From Macrostomum hystrix (lineage: Eukaryota > Animalia > Platyhelminthes): a DNA stretch of 64,000 bases. The position numbers were made by a program, and so were the translations under genes. Each line of letters starts with the position of its first letter. The first letter of the stretch is position 1. The notes under the pieces are model-generated. The model ran no database searches. It saw nothing but the letters and a program-made list of their open reading frames with translations, and was not told the DNA's origin. This document shows positions 1 through 12,921 of the stretch, piece by piece. The stretch is taken from positions 17,236,001 through 17,300,000 of the forward strand of contig CATNEN010000001.1 in the NCBI GenBank assembly GCA_950097015.1. The letters run 5' to 3'.

Positions 1-3000
1 ATGAATTCAGGCGCCTCTGACACTCCAGCACCTTTAGCTCCTCCTCTTCCGGGCACACTGGCAGTGTGGGAGGAATTTTGCCTGCGAAACGAAATAACAG
101 TGGCAGCTAGCATTTCCTAATTAATCCGTTAACTTTTACGAACGGATTAAAGATTTTCCTCATTGTATTTATTTTTTAGTCTCTTTATCGTCAATGTTTC
201 ACCATAGATCCCTATCATTTTGCATTCATCCCAATCCTTCTCTATCCTTCCCTATCCTTCCCTATCATTCCCCATCCATCCCTATCCTTCTCTATTCTTG
301 TCTATCCTTCCATATCTTTCCCTATCCTTCACAATCCTTCTCTACCCTTCCCTTCCCTTCCTTATCATTCTCTACCCTTCCCTATCCTTCTCTACCCTCC
401 CTATCCTTCCCTATCCTTCCCTATCCTTCTCTACCCTCCCTATCCTTCCCTATCCTTCTCTACCCTTCCCTATCCTTCTCTACCCTTCCATATCCTTCTC
501 TACCCTCCATATCCTTCTCTACCCTTCCCTATCCTTCTCTACCCTTCCCTATCCTTCTCTACCCTCCCTATCCTTCTCTACCCTTCCCTATCCTTCTCTA
601 CCCTCCCTATCCTTCCCTATCCTTCTCTACCTTCCCTATCCTTCCCTATCCTTCCTTATCACTCCCTATCCTTCTCACTACTTCACTAATCAAGCCTCAC
701 TATCTCACTGAAATTTACACTGTGGAGATTAGAAACAATGATCAAACTTAACCCACGAAAGCCTAATAGTAACACACCCCAGAGTCAATAGGATGATGTA
801 CTTCAACTCATGCCTAATAAGAAAAAAAATTATACTAGTAACCTAAGCTTTCTAAATTCCAAAAATATTATATTTCTTTCTGAATTAGTTATTCACATTG
901 GCATTGTGTTCGACATTCTTAATTGTGTTTCTACTACGCTCGTAATTTTATAAGCACTCTCTCAGACGAAGGCCCTAGTAACTTACACAGTTGAGAAACT
1001 CGCGTTGCTAAAGGTCGAGTGGCCCCACATCAGAGGGAATGCCTGATTGCAGACCCACTGAGCAAAGCTCAGCAGTTTGTGTGCGGCACCACTCTCAGTG
1101 AGCACTTTGATGGCTTCGATTGCGCGTGTGCTGAGAAGGGAGTTTCATACTGGCGCCATCAACAGCTTTTGCTACGGGACAAACTGCTTGCTGCCTTTCA
1201 CTTTTTAGACGCGAGCATTATTAACTTTTTTTCCTGAGAGTATCGGCAGCCATTAGAGACATTTTACATTGCAGGTAGTGTAAGGACAGGGCGGAATGGA
1301 CAGGATGGAATGGACAGGATGGAATGGACAGGATGGAATGGACAACATGGAATGGACACAATTGAATGGACACGATGGAATGGACACGATGGAATGGACA
1401 CGATGGAATGGACACGATGGAATGGACAGGATGGAATGGACAGGATGGAATGGACACGATGGAATGGACACAATGGAATGGACACGATGGAATGGACACG
1501 ATGGAATGGATGCAATCTTCTCAGGATGGAATGAACAGGATGGAATGGACACGATGGAATGGACACGATGGAATGGACACGATGGAATGGACAGGATGGA
1601 ATGGACAGGATGGAATGGACACGATGGAATGGACACAATGGAATGGACACGATGGAATGGACACGATGGAATGGATGCAATCTTCTCAGGATGGAATGAA
1701 CAGGATGGAATGGACACGATGGAATGGACACGATGGAATGGACAGGATGGAATGGACAGGATGGAATGGACAGGATGAAATGGACAGGATGGAATGGACA
1801 CGATGGAATGGACAGGATGGAATGGACAGGATGGAATGGACACGATGGAATGGACAGGATGGAATGGACAGGATGGAATGGACAGGATGGAATGGACAGG
1901 ATGGAATGGACAGGATGGAATGGACAGGATGGAATGGACAGGATGGAATGGACAGGATGGAATAGACAGGATGGAATGGACACGATGGAATGGACTTGGA
2001 ATGGATTGGATGGATCTGAATTCTGATCAGTATTCTTAGAAAGTTTTCCATAATATTTACTAAGTCCATTAGGCTTTCTGTGCAGTTCATGAAATCCCTT
2101 GAAATGAAATCTGGGCTTGGATTTTTTATATTTTCGCGCATTTTTCTAATTGTTAAACGAGTGGAAACAGTCAGTTACGCCCTCCTGCAAACTGGGTCGC
2201 TAATTAGGCGGAACACAGAGCCCCCTAGCCTGCAGGTCTTGCGCAACACAACCGGAACACGGACCCACAAGAACTGTTCCCGAACTAATTAATAATCCAA
2301 CCAGCGATTGGTCTGTATAACCGCTTTTCCAGACACATTTTCATTCCTGACTATTTGAACAGTGTGGGTATCCTACCTTGGCTAGGTAAGGTAGAGAATC
2401 TTTTTTAAATATTCCTTCAGGATCGGCTGCTCCAGCTTTAACTTTTCCAACGGAGGCTAAACCAAAGTAAGTGTTAAAATGCCATACAGTTGGAACCCCG
2501 TTCAGTTTGGTGTTCCATACACATAATTCATATCCCTTTTAAACTAGAATTGTACCCCGTCGAGTGTCAGTTAATTTGGGGCTGACTAATGCTGGATCAC
2601 CTAGTCATCATTGTTGATAGTGGCGTGGACATTGTGGGTGGACAGAGAATGACTCGATGGGATTGTGAATGACAGGATGGGATAGATTGTGAATGACAGG
2701 ATGGGATAGATTGTGAATGACAGGATGGGATAGATTGTGAATGACAGGATAGGATAGATTGTGAATGACAGGATTGGATAGATTGTGAATGACAGGATGG
2801 GATAGATTGTGAATGACAGGATGGGATAGATTGTGAATGACAGGATAGGATAGATTGTGAATGACAGGATGGAATAGATTGTGAATGACAGGATGGGATA
2901 GATTGTGAATGACAGGATAGGATAGATTGTGAATGACAGGATGGGATAGATTGTGAATGACAGGATAGGATAGATTGTGAATGACAGGATGGGATAGATT

Positions 3001-4350
3001 GTGAATGACAGGATAGGATAGATTGTGAATGACAGGATAGGATAGATTGTGAATGACAGGATAGGATAGATTGTGAATGACAGGATAGGATAGATTGTGA
3101 ATGACAGGATGGGATAGATTGTGAATGATAGGATGGAATAGATTGTGAATGACAGGATGGGATAGATTGTGAATGACAGGATAGGATAGTTGTGAATGAC
3201 AAGATAGGATAGATTGTGAATGACAGGATAGGAAAGATTGTGAATGACAGGATATGATAGGTTGTGAATGACAGGATAGGATAGATTGTGAATGACAGGA
3301 TAGGATAGATTGTGAATGACAGGATAGGATAGATTGTGAATGACAGGATGGGATAGATTGTGAATGATAGGATGGAATAGATTGTGAATGACAGGATGGG
3401 ATAGATTGTGAATGACAGGATAGGATAGATTGTGAATGACAGGATAGGATAGATTGTGAATGACAGGATAGGATAGATTGTGAATGACAGGATAGGATAG
3501 ATTGTGAATGACAGGATAGGATAGATTGTGAATGACAGGATAGGATAGATTGTGAATGACAGGATAGGATAGATTGTGAATGACAGGATAGGATAGATTG
3601 TGAATGACAGGATGGGATAGATTGTGAATGACAGGATAGGATAGATTGTGAATGACAGGATGGGATAGATTGTGAATGACAGGATAGGATAGATTGTAAA
3701 GGTACCCAGAAAATGATTAAGCGGGAAAGTACCTTGAAATTCTGCATTTTTATTGGAGTTGCAATAACAGAACTCACTGCAAGTGAAATTTTATAACTGT
3801 CAGCTCAGAGTAAGCCAGCGAGATAAGTAAAAATATGTTGGACTTGTCTGGGTGCCAGGGCTGTAAGGCCTGTGGCAAAAATATTGTTTTTTTTTAATTG
3901 CCTGCGAGTAATAAGAATGTCGTTCGTAGCAAAGCAGCTGAGCTTGGTCGGCCCCTTTTGTTCTTTTCTTCAAAGCATTCTTTCATTTTGTTGCTTCGCC
4001 ACTCAAAAGCTCCTCAGGTGGACAGTTCTGAGTCTTAGATGATGCAGAGTTACTTTGGCAAAGCCGGGGCAGCGCGCCCGGCCTCGTCAGAAATTATAAA
4101 TGACACCTCTTATTATTTTTTCTGCAATATTATTTCTCGATTGTATGACACACAAAAGAACTGCGCGCTATTTTTTGTGTTGGGCAAGGTTTTAATTGCT
4201 TTCAGAAATTTCTTTCCGTTTCCAAAAGAATTATTTTATTCACTTTGGCTTACCGTCTGAGAGGCAGGAAAGGCTGCATGTTATCACCGCCAGTGTCAGC
4301 ACAGAGGGCAAGCCTCCACTGGTCATTGCAAAGCAGGCCTTGCTCGGTAT
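1..4350 (-). CDS. Possible spliced gene of unknown function, continuing beyond window start (candidate exons 4254-4350, 987-1130, 1-81)
   Basis: On the minus strand, 4254-4350 and 987-1130 have pyrimidine-AG acceptors and GTAAG donors, and 1-81 has a TTTCGCAG acceptor. Phases are compatible, giving an open peptide (TEQGLLCNDQWRL...PLRR/TRAIEAIKVLTESGAAHKLLSFAQWVCNQAFPLMWGH.../QNSSHTAS...). No recognisable homology, and other exons may exist. Confidence 0.3.
230..680. repeat. Pyrimidine-rich degenerate microsatellite (CCCTATCCTT/CTCTACCCTT, about 10-bp units)
   Basis: Directly visible tandem CCCTATCCTT-like units, with an almost G-free top strand. Confidence 0.9.
1293..1995. repeat. 14-bp tandem repeat (ATGGAATGGACASG), about 50 copies
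   Basis: Unit ATGGAATGGACAGG/ACACG. The translation repeats every 14 aa (3x14 bp). An identical GCAATCTTCTC interruption occurs twice, about 165 bp apart. Confidence 0.95.
2657..3697. repeat. 24-bp minisatellite (GATTGTGAATGACAGGATRGGATA), about 43 copies
   Basis: Directly visible, with 8-aa periodicity in the spurious ORFs. Confidence 0.95.
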
Positions 4351-5615
4351 CTGGGACAGCGATTCTACAGATAGTGATGGAATGGAATTTGGTGGACTAG
4401 ACATTTGCAAACAAATATATTAGCATCTAGTTATCCATTTATTAGGCTCATGTCTCTCTTTTTTATTGCCTCTCCTGTCGTCTACGCGCTCTACCCTCAT
4501 CTTCCATTCTCTTATATAATCCTCTCCTCTTCTCCCCTCTCTTCCCCGCCTGACTTTGTGATATGGTCTCTTAAATTGAAAATCAACTGGAAACTAGTTG
4601 TTTGCTAGCAAAATCAAGTTAAAAATACGAATAAAAATGCTCTAGCGTCTTTACAGCGGCTTACCAGGGAGATGTCTTTAGACTTGAGTTGGCTCGTTGA
4701 GTTACGAGGTTTCACGAGCTGCGCTCATCTGTTCGCATCGCCTCCTCGAGGTCTGCTGAGAGAAAATTATTCTTCCAGGTTTTATCTTCAACAGTATCGT
4801 GTTTGAAGGCCTTGGGATACGGAATTACTTTAGTTTTCGACCTTCTCACCCATTTTGCTGATTGGTCAGCATGCATCAGAAGTCGGTGAGTTCCTATTGG
4901 TTGTTTGGGAAAGCTTCCAACTGGTTGATGTGAAATGCAGGAGAGGCAAAAATGATAGTGCAGCAGAGATGCATTTTATCTTTTCGTTTTTTTACAATCT
5001 TGGAAAGATTTCTTGAATCAAAAGCGAAACTTGCAGAGTGTCTGTCAGTCTGCTGGACTAGATAATTTAGGGCTGTTGTTGAGGAAAATTCTAGCCACAT
5101 TTTATGCCAGAAGAGGATGTAAAAAAGGCAACACTAAAAATTACTTTATTGCCTTATGTTCCCACCGCAAACCTCAAAGACTAACGTATTGAATAACAAA
5201 ATTTTATTGGCTTCCGGCTCTGTTTTAAAATGACTTAAACAAGGCCGTCAGTAACAAATTTGGGCGCAGTTAAAACCGTCTAGTACACATCCCTGCTCGA
5301 TCTGCGTGCTTTTCAAGAAACTTTCGTTTTGCCTTTGCATTTCACGTTTGTGTTAAAAAAGCTCGGGTTATAAAAAAGACATTCCAGGCAATAAAATTGC
5401 CTGAATTTGCAGCTGTCTATGGCCACGCCTAATGCGACTTCTACAGTTGCGCTCATGCACTGTTGATAATTTGCGAACTTTACCAAGTAGTATTCATTCC
5501 CATTTGGGATTAAATTGAGCCACCTAGAAGCTTCACGTTTGTGCTGTCTCAGCCCGGTGTAACGCGATTACACAGTTAGATACTAGGATCGACTAGTTTG
5601 CGAAGACCTTGAAAA

Positions 5616-7721
5616 ATGTCTAAAAAAGACGCCCACAAAGATGAGGTGATGAAGCATCTGGCGGTGCAGAAGGAAGTTGTGATCTCCGAATATGTCCCCA
5701 AACAGGAGACCCTGCTGCCGCCCATATTCTATGACATGCCGCGCACTGAGCAAGTTCAGTCAGTTGACATTGGTCACTCCGTCCGGGAAACGATCAGCTG
5801 CCCAGAGGGCTTCTTCGGCATCGACCATCCGAACACTTCCTGGCTGATCAACCTACTGAAGGACACATCAGAGTGGCGACTCCAGAAGGCACTGTTATCG
5901 CTGCGCACCCGGCCTCTATTCGATGGCACCAAGTACTATCAGGTGATTGACCGACCCAGCTACTATTGGGGCGAGACAGCTGCGATGGAAAAATCCGTGT
6001 TTGGCCCGAAGGCGATGCTCTACCTGAACTCATTCGGCGTGGCGCTCTTTCTCAAGTCGGAGACGGGATGCTTAAAGATTAGCTCGTCAAAATCCGGCAA
6101 AAACTATCTCATCAGTGTGACATCGCCGCAGTATGCGTCGTTTGTGCACGACAGCGAGTACGATCTGCTTCGTTTTCAGTTCGACTTCTTGTGCATCAAG
6201 CGCGAGTACTACCAAGGCTTGCACTACCTCGCCATGTCGGGCTGGAACCCATCTAATACCACCCTGCTAACGTACCGTCGCAAGTACTACCAGTTCAGCG
6301 TGCCTTTCACTGACTGGGTCGACGTACTCCGCTACGTTCTAGAGCGCAAGCCGGCCACCAATGTAGCAGCGCTCGTTGAAAAAATGTTCGAATTGCAGTA
6401 TGTCGTCAGCCAGGCCTACAACTTCAACATGAGCCTGTTGAAGGAGGTCGGCAAAGTCATGATGGAGGCCTTTGAATTGAAAGAACTGACGAGGCACAAC
6501 TTTAATAATCCGACCAAGCTGGGAAACTACGCCGGTCGTAAAGTACTCAAAAACAAAGAAGTCCCAGTGCCGGACGAGTATGCCACTGTGTTCTCTGACA
6601 AAGACGGCAAGCCGAAGTTCTCGGTACGCCCAGTGGTGCCTAACATCATGTCCTACGTCCGCCGACTTCTCACCTACCAATACTACTTTGATGGCAAGCA
6701 TCTGTTCGCTCTGCCCCAGATTCTCCGCGCAGTTCTCGCCTTTAAGCAACACGACTTCTTCGTGGTATCGCAATCTGTGAAGGCCACAGCGGAGACCGAC
6801 TCAACTGGCACACACAGGGTGTACATAGATCCCATTATCTTCCAGCTCCATTATTTTCTAAACTTGAAGTCAGATGGCATGTATCTGCGTCACAAACAAT
6901 GGTCCTGCCACGCCACAAGCGCTGAAAGTGACGGCATCACAGAGGAAGAACGAGTGTGGGTCTATCGATTCGACACTATCAACTGCCTGAGTCTACTCTC
7001 TGGCCTGCTGCAGAACTGTCTCATCAAGAACATGTCGAGCGTCATCATCGAGGCCGTCTGTGATCTCGTCGTCTTTATCCTGGTGGACTCGGAGCTCATA
7101 GAGCCGTTCTTTCGATACTCATACTTTGACACCTACTTTGGGCTAACCAGTGTGATCAACTGCGTGCCCAACCTCATGTCCAAGACTGTGATGCGCCTGC
7201 TGAAGAAAGCGCCACTCACATTGGTGTCCAACTATGAGAGTAGCCAAATCACTCGAATGTTCACAATGACATTCTGGAAATCTGCCCCCAACCAGGTGGA
7301 CGTTGTGACAGTGCCGAAGACTTTGGAAGAGATCACAATGTTCATTATTACGAAGAAGCGCCGAATCAGCATGAAGATGGAGGGCCCGGCCACTGGCGAA
7401 GCGATGTCCGGAGCCAGCGCTCTTGGAGCAGCCGGCGGCATCACCATGTTCATTAGGAACTATGACGACATGCCAGAGATATCCGCGGCAGACGAGAACG
7501 CCGATCAGCCAGCTTCCGAGACAACCAAGAAGCAGGACGAGGAGCGGAAGCACGTCTACGAGTACAAGCACATGGAGATTGACGCGCGCTACAGCACTGT
7601 GTTCCCGCTCTACTTCGAGGGCCTGAACAAAGTGCAGGTAAATTTCGACGAGAACAAGATGTTCGACGACTGCGTATTCGAGTCCTATTCTCAGCACATG
7701 CTGGCTCACCTTAAGAAGTGA
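5616..7721 (+). CDS. Intronless 701-aa protein of unknown function
   Basis: Uninterrupted, non-repetitive 2.1-kb ORF. ATG is in AAAAATG context, third positions are C/G-biased against AT-richer flanks, composition is globular-like, and ATTAAA signals lie at about 7828-7840. No domain recognised. Confidence 0.8.
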   Translation: MSKKDAHKDEVMKHLAVQKEVVISEYVPKQETLLPPIFYDMPRTEQVQSVDIGHSVRETISCPEGFFGIDHPNTSWLINLLKDTSEWRLQKALLSLRTRPLFDGTKYYQVIDRPSYYWGETAAMEKSVFGPKAMLYLNSFGVALFLKSETGCLKISSSKSGKNYLISVTSPQYASFVHDSEYDLLRFQFDFLCIKREYYQGLHYLAMSGWNPSNTTLLTYRRKYYQFSVPFTDWVDVLRYVLERKPATNVAALVEKMFELQYVVSQAYNFNMSLLKEVGKVMMEAFELKELTRHNFNNPTKLGNYAGRKVLKNKEVPVPDEYATVFSDKDGKPKFSVRPVVPNIMSYVRRLLTYQYYFDGKHLFALPQILRAVLAFKQHDFFVVSQSVKATAETDSTGTHRVYIDPIIFQLHYFLNLKSDGMYLRHKQWSCHATSAESDGITEEERVWVYRFDTINCLSLLSGLLQNCLIKNMSSVIIEAVCDLVVFILVDSELIEPFFRYSYFDTYFGLTSVINCVPNLMSKTVMRLLKKAPLTLVSNYESSQITRMFTMTFWKSAPNQVDVVTVPKTLEEITMFIITKKRRISMKMEGPATGEAMSGASALGAAGGITMFIRNYDDMPEISAADENADQPASETTKKQDEERKHVYEYKHMEIDARYSTVFPLYFEGLNKVQVNFDENKMFDDCVFESYSQHMLAHLKK

Positions 7722-8724
7722 CCGACCATTCATTTTCTTCTTCGCATCTGAAAACGTTTGGACGATTTCTTTTTTCATTTCGGGATGATTCCTGACCAGA
7801 AACTCGCTTTACTTTCCCTGCTCTTTAATTAAAAATTAAAAGTGCAAAATGAAAAGCTCCTAAGGCCACACACACTAAGGACTGCTTATGCGTATAAAAA
7901 TGGTCTTTTCTCACTTTGGTGAGCTCCGTTCTCGCTGCAGAGGATCCATTTGTGTGCAGTGAATCCGCTGCTTGGCCTAACAGTAGATGATCTCATCGTA
8001 TTTTTATCGTAAAAAAAGTGTCGCTAAAAATCGTCGAAATAAACCTACTCAAGAACCGAACGGTGTTTTTAACAATTCAGTCCAGCGGACATGTATACCC
8101 TAGTGCTGCATAATTTATCCCTATTCTTTAGTTTCTTTTGTTTTTTTATTTGCTTTCGTGAAAGCCAAGTAGAATGAGTTAATGCGCATTAGATAACACA
8201 AATGCAGTTCCACTGCTGCCCGCTTCCGAATAGAAGTCCTCGATTTTCTGCGCGCAGACTCTTCCATGGGGGACATTTTCTATAGCTCTAATCCCGTGGG
8301 ATTTTAATGCCAAATAATGATAGGAGTTGTTAGTCGAGTGTCGACTTTTTACTGGCTGATGGGAAGGGCTGGCATCCACTTCATTAGCCTAATTGAAGCG
8401 ACCGGTTTTCACTCCCAGGATGTCCTTTGGCTGCGGCAGCTGAATTCACCCCAAACCAAGAATTCATTGCACTTGAAGCCCCAGTTTAGCCCCGTCTGTG
8501 CGAACATTAGTCAAAAGTATGTAGCTCGTACCATGCATGCCAGTTTCGACAAACATCTAAGTTTTCGTTTCTTCTGTTTGATTGATGCACTCTCCACAGC
8601 CAAGACTCTTTTTAACCCCATAAGCAAAAAATGACGATTGATATTAAATTATAAAGCAAACCTGCTCACTACTATGAGTACAGCAAAGTAGAAATCACCA
8701 GCAAGAGAGTTTAAAAAGCGACAG

Positions 8725-10320
8725 AACCTGTTAGACATGGCAGCAATACTCATTACAAACCTGTTAGACATGGCAGCAATACTCATTACAAACCTGTTAG
8801 ACATGGCAGCAATACTCATTACAAACCTGTTAGACATGGCAGCAATACTCATTACAAACCTATTAGACATGGCAGCAATACTCATTACAAACCTGTTAGA
8901 CATGGCAACAATACTCATTAGAAACCTGTTAGACATGGCAACAATACCCAACACAAACCTGTTAGACATGGCAACAATACCCAACACAAACCTGTTAGAC
9001 ATGGCAGCAATACTCAACACAAACCTGTTAGACATGGCAGCAATACTCATTACAAACCTATTAGACATGGCAGCAATACTCATTACAAACCTGTTAGAAA
9101 TGGCAGCAATACTCATTACAAACCTGTTAGACATGGCAGCAATACTCATTACAAACCTGTTAGACATGGCAGCAATACTCATTAGAAACCTGTTAGACAT
9201 GGCAGCAATACTCATTACAAACCTGTTAGACATGGCAGCAATACTCATTACAAACCTGTTAGACATGGCAGCAATACTCATTACAAACCTGTTAGACATG
9301 GCAGCAATACTCATTACAAACCTGTTAGACATGGCAGCAATACTCATTACAAACCTGTTAGACATGGCAGCAATACTCATTACAAACCTGTTAGACATGG
9401 CAGCAATACTCATTACAAACCTGTTAGACATGGCAGCAATACTCATTACAAACCTGTTAGACATGGCAGCAATACTCATTACAAACCTGTTAGACATGGC
9501 AGCAATACTCATTACAAACCTGTTAGACATGGCAGCAATACTCATTACAAACCTGTTAGACATGGCAACAATACTCAACACAAACCTGTTAGACATGGCA
9601 GCAATACTCATTACAAACCTGTTAGACATGGCAGCAATACTCAACAAAAACCTGTTAGACATGGCAGCAATACTCAACAAAAACCTGTTAGACATGGCAG
9701 CAATACTCAACACAAACCTGTTAGACATGGCAGCAATACTCATTACAAACCTGTTAGACATGGCAGCAATACTCATTACAAACCTGTTAGACATGGCAGC
9801 AATACTCAACAAAAACCTGTTAGACATGGCAGCAATACTCATTAGAAACCTGTTAGACATGGCAGCAATACTCAACAAAAACCTGTTAGACATGGCAGCA
9901 ATACGCAGTACAAAGCTGCTAGACATGGCAACAATACTCATTAGAAACCTGTTAGACATGGCAGCAATACTCAACAAAAACCTGTTAGACATGGCAGCAA
10001 TACGCAGTACAAAGCTGCTAGACATGGCAGCAATACTCATTAGAAACCTGTTAGACATGGCAGCAATACTCAACAAAAACCTGTTAGACATGGCAGCAAT
10101 ACGCAGTACAAAGCTGCTAGACATAGCAACAATAATCATTACAAACTTGTTAGACATGAGAACAATACACAACACAAACCTGTTAGACATGGCAGCAATA
10201 CGCATTACAAACCTGCTAGACATAGAAACAATATAAATAACAAACCTGCTAGACATGAGAACAATACACATTTAAAACCTGGTAGACATTGCAACAATAT
10301 TCATTTACAAACCTGTTAGA
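8725..10320. repeat. 33-bp minisatellite (AACCTGTTAGACATGGCAGCAATACTCATTACA), about 48 copies
   Basis: Directly visible, homogeneous in the centre and diverging toward the right end. Confidence 0.95.
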
Positions 10321-10752
10321 GATTTGGATATTCCGTTTTAACCGAAAAGCTTGGCTCGCGGAAACGCAAGTTCGCTGACAACAAATCATGCCACTACACA
10401 AGGTCCGCAGGCGCAAAAGAGTGCCATTCTTGAGCGGGGACACAAAATGTGTTTGCCGACAGCTTTGAGATCGCCGAACACGATTAGCAACAACTCCTGC
10501 AGCATCACACCGCGGCATCACAATGACCAACACTGTGTTAACAAATTTCTTATGTAATGTGCCAAAAGTTTATGGAGTTTCGGATTCTAGTGAGGCTAAA
10601 ATAAAAAATAAGAGATTTGTGCATTAGTGTAGATTGTAGAAGCTTTACTTAATTTTGTTCTTAGTAAAACGGCCCTTCCAAGGTCCACCAGAATCGCATC
10701 AAAAGGAAGGATTGAAAGCCAACTTCAGCCTCTAGTTTAGGTCAATGTCCAT

Positions 10753-10880
10753 GTCCATGGACTGAACAGCCGTACGCAACGACCAGATGCACCGTGCAAT
10801 AGCTGCGGGCCCTGCGGCTGTACTCTCAGTTGCACATGTGAGGTTAAGTAAATTATTATTGTTTATTAATTAGTATTTAT
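10753..10880 (+). mobile_element. 3' fragment of the same SINE family seen at 48160-48770
   Basis: GTCCATGGACTGAACAGCC...CAATAGCTG matches 48644-48710 and is followed by an AT-rich tail. Confidence 0.55.
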
Positions 10881-12921
10881 ATAACATTTTTCTCATTGCT
10901 TAACAAAGTTTCATATTAAGAGTTCTTTGAGGTTCGGATTCTGGTGACGTTTAAAATATTTTTTGCGGTAAGGTTTTGCTTTACTCCATTTTGCTCAGAA
11001 AAACGGCCCTTCCAAGGTCCACCATCGCATCGGGGGGGATTCAAGCCTGCTTCGGACGGCTTAGGAAACTTTAGAATTATGCAGGTTGACTAATCTGTTC
11101 ACGAATGAATTAATTAAAAGTGTGATTCGGAAATCGTGTGCTACTTTAAATAACTTTAAACGAAAGAGCTGTAGTTAATGAAAATGCTAATTTTATGCAA
11201 ATATCTTTGTACCTAATATATTTGCAGTCTCTTGTCCATCACGTCAGGATAACGCTTGAAATCAAAAGCGAAAAAAGTGGCTAAAATCCTTGTTTAAATT
11301 AAAATTTCTTTGCTCCTATGGAACTGTGTCTGTGAGAGATGTAATTGGAGTTATTCGATGCAAAATGAAAAGACAAATTCAGTGGTATATATTTTATTTT
11401 ATTATTATTTATGTAAATTGAAAAAAATCGGCAGAGTTGTAGTATTGCTATTATAAATATACAATTTCATTCTCGTATATACTCATAAGTCGTAAAGTTG
11501 CATTTTTTATTTATTGTTACCTTATTTAGCACTTTAGCAAACTTCTGTCCTTGAGGCCAGGCTGGCAGGAAAACTGTTGCCTGCCTACTATTAAGTAGAC
11601 CTGTACGCACGTTATTCTCTCATTTCTTTTTAAACTTTCTTAGCGACCAATAAAAATTAGTTCTAGAATTCAAATATCGATTAGCAGTTTTTATCTTGTC
11701 TGCTCCGTATTTTAACTTGTTCATTCTGCAGAAATGCGCTGGAGAGCTTAAATAGGCCCGCAGTTATAGTTAAGATGCGCGCGAATTATGCGTAAGTACG
11801 ATTCTGTATGTAAACATTCAGTTCGTTTCTTCAAGACGGGGGCGGCGGGCCACTGTACTCGACTGCCCAATTGGTAAGTCTGTCATCTGGTTTATTTTTA
11901 AGGACAATAATTTTTCGATTCTTAAACTTCGAGTTTAAGTAATTGAGTCTACTAGTAGTGCACCCTATGGCCTTGAGTCTACTAGTAGTGCACCCTAGTG
12001 CACCCTGCACCCTATGGCCACCCTATGGCTATGACTAGATTGAAGGTGTGCCACCTTAGCAGGTCGAAGTGCATTAATTGCTCAATTTCGAAATTATTTT
12101 TTACTTCTGATCATGTCACCCAATAAAATGAACAAAAAACCTAATAAATATTCCAAAACTTAGCGGCCTTTGTACTGAGGATACTCACTGAAGCACTTTA
12201 ATAGAGCAGACTACTGCATCATTGACTCCTGTATCAAAATCTTGATGAGCACTAATATCTCCTTGACTGACTGACAGCCGAATGTGGGACCCACATATGG
12301 AGGGAGAGGGTGAATTTTTGTTTTTATTAGGGAACAAAATAAACAAAATTAAAACAGCGGGAGGGAGCGCGGAGAATCAGAGAGTGAGAGAGACAGTATG
12401 AGATCTATCTACCTGTCTATCTATGCCCATCTATAAAAAAACGTAAAACATAATTAAAGGAAAGATTTATCCAAACAGCACTTGTTTTGTACATGCAACA
12501 ACACAAATGGGCAGACACACACATTAGCAGTGCCATCAAGCCACGTTACCATATATATTATGTTGTGTTACTTCAGTACGTAGGGTATAATTAATGGGAC
12601 TGATAACATATCTGTTAGTTCCTAAGCAACATATCTTTAAAATGCATATAAAAAGCTACTAATTTTACGTTGCGAGAATGTACTAATGTACCAGCGATTA
12701 TTGACACTTTCATATAGTACAAAATTAGGATTGATGATGACAGACTGAAATGCGTTGCACTTTAAAAAGTACTCGCCCACTTCAAAGTACACACTTTAAA
12801 TGAATACCAGAGTACTCTATTGCTACGCCCTTAAAGAGTACCAGAGTACGAGTACTTAAGAGTGCTTAAAGAGTACACTGTGAAAACACTGCCGACGTGT
12901 TTTCACAGCGCAGCGCCGACA

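Noticed and set aside
194-3777. Many ORFs of 70-390 aa over the 10-, 14- and 24-bp repeats
   Set aside because: They are translations of stop-poor satellites in multiple overlapping frames.
8649-10271. 499-aa and 540-aa ORFs, or a CRISPR-like array
   Set aside because: Pure 33-bp tandem repeat with no unique spacers, no unique protein domains and no cas genes.
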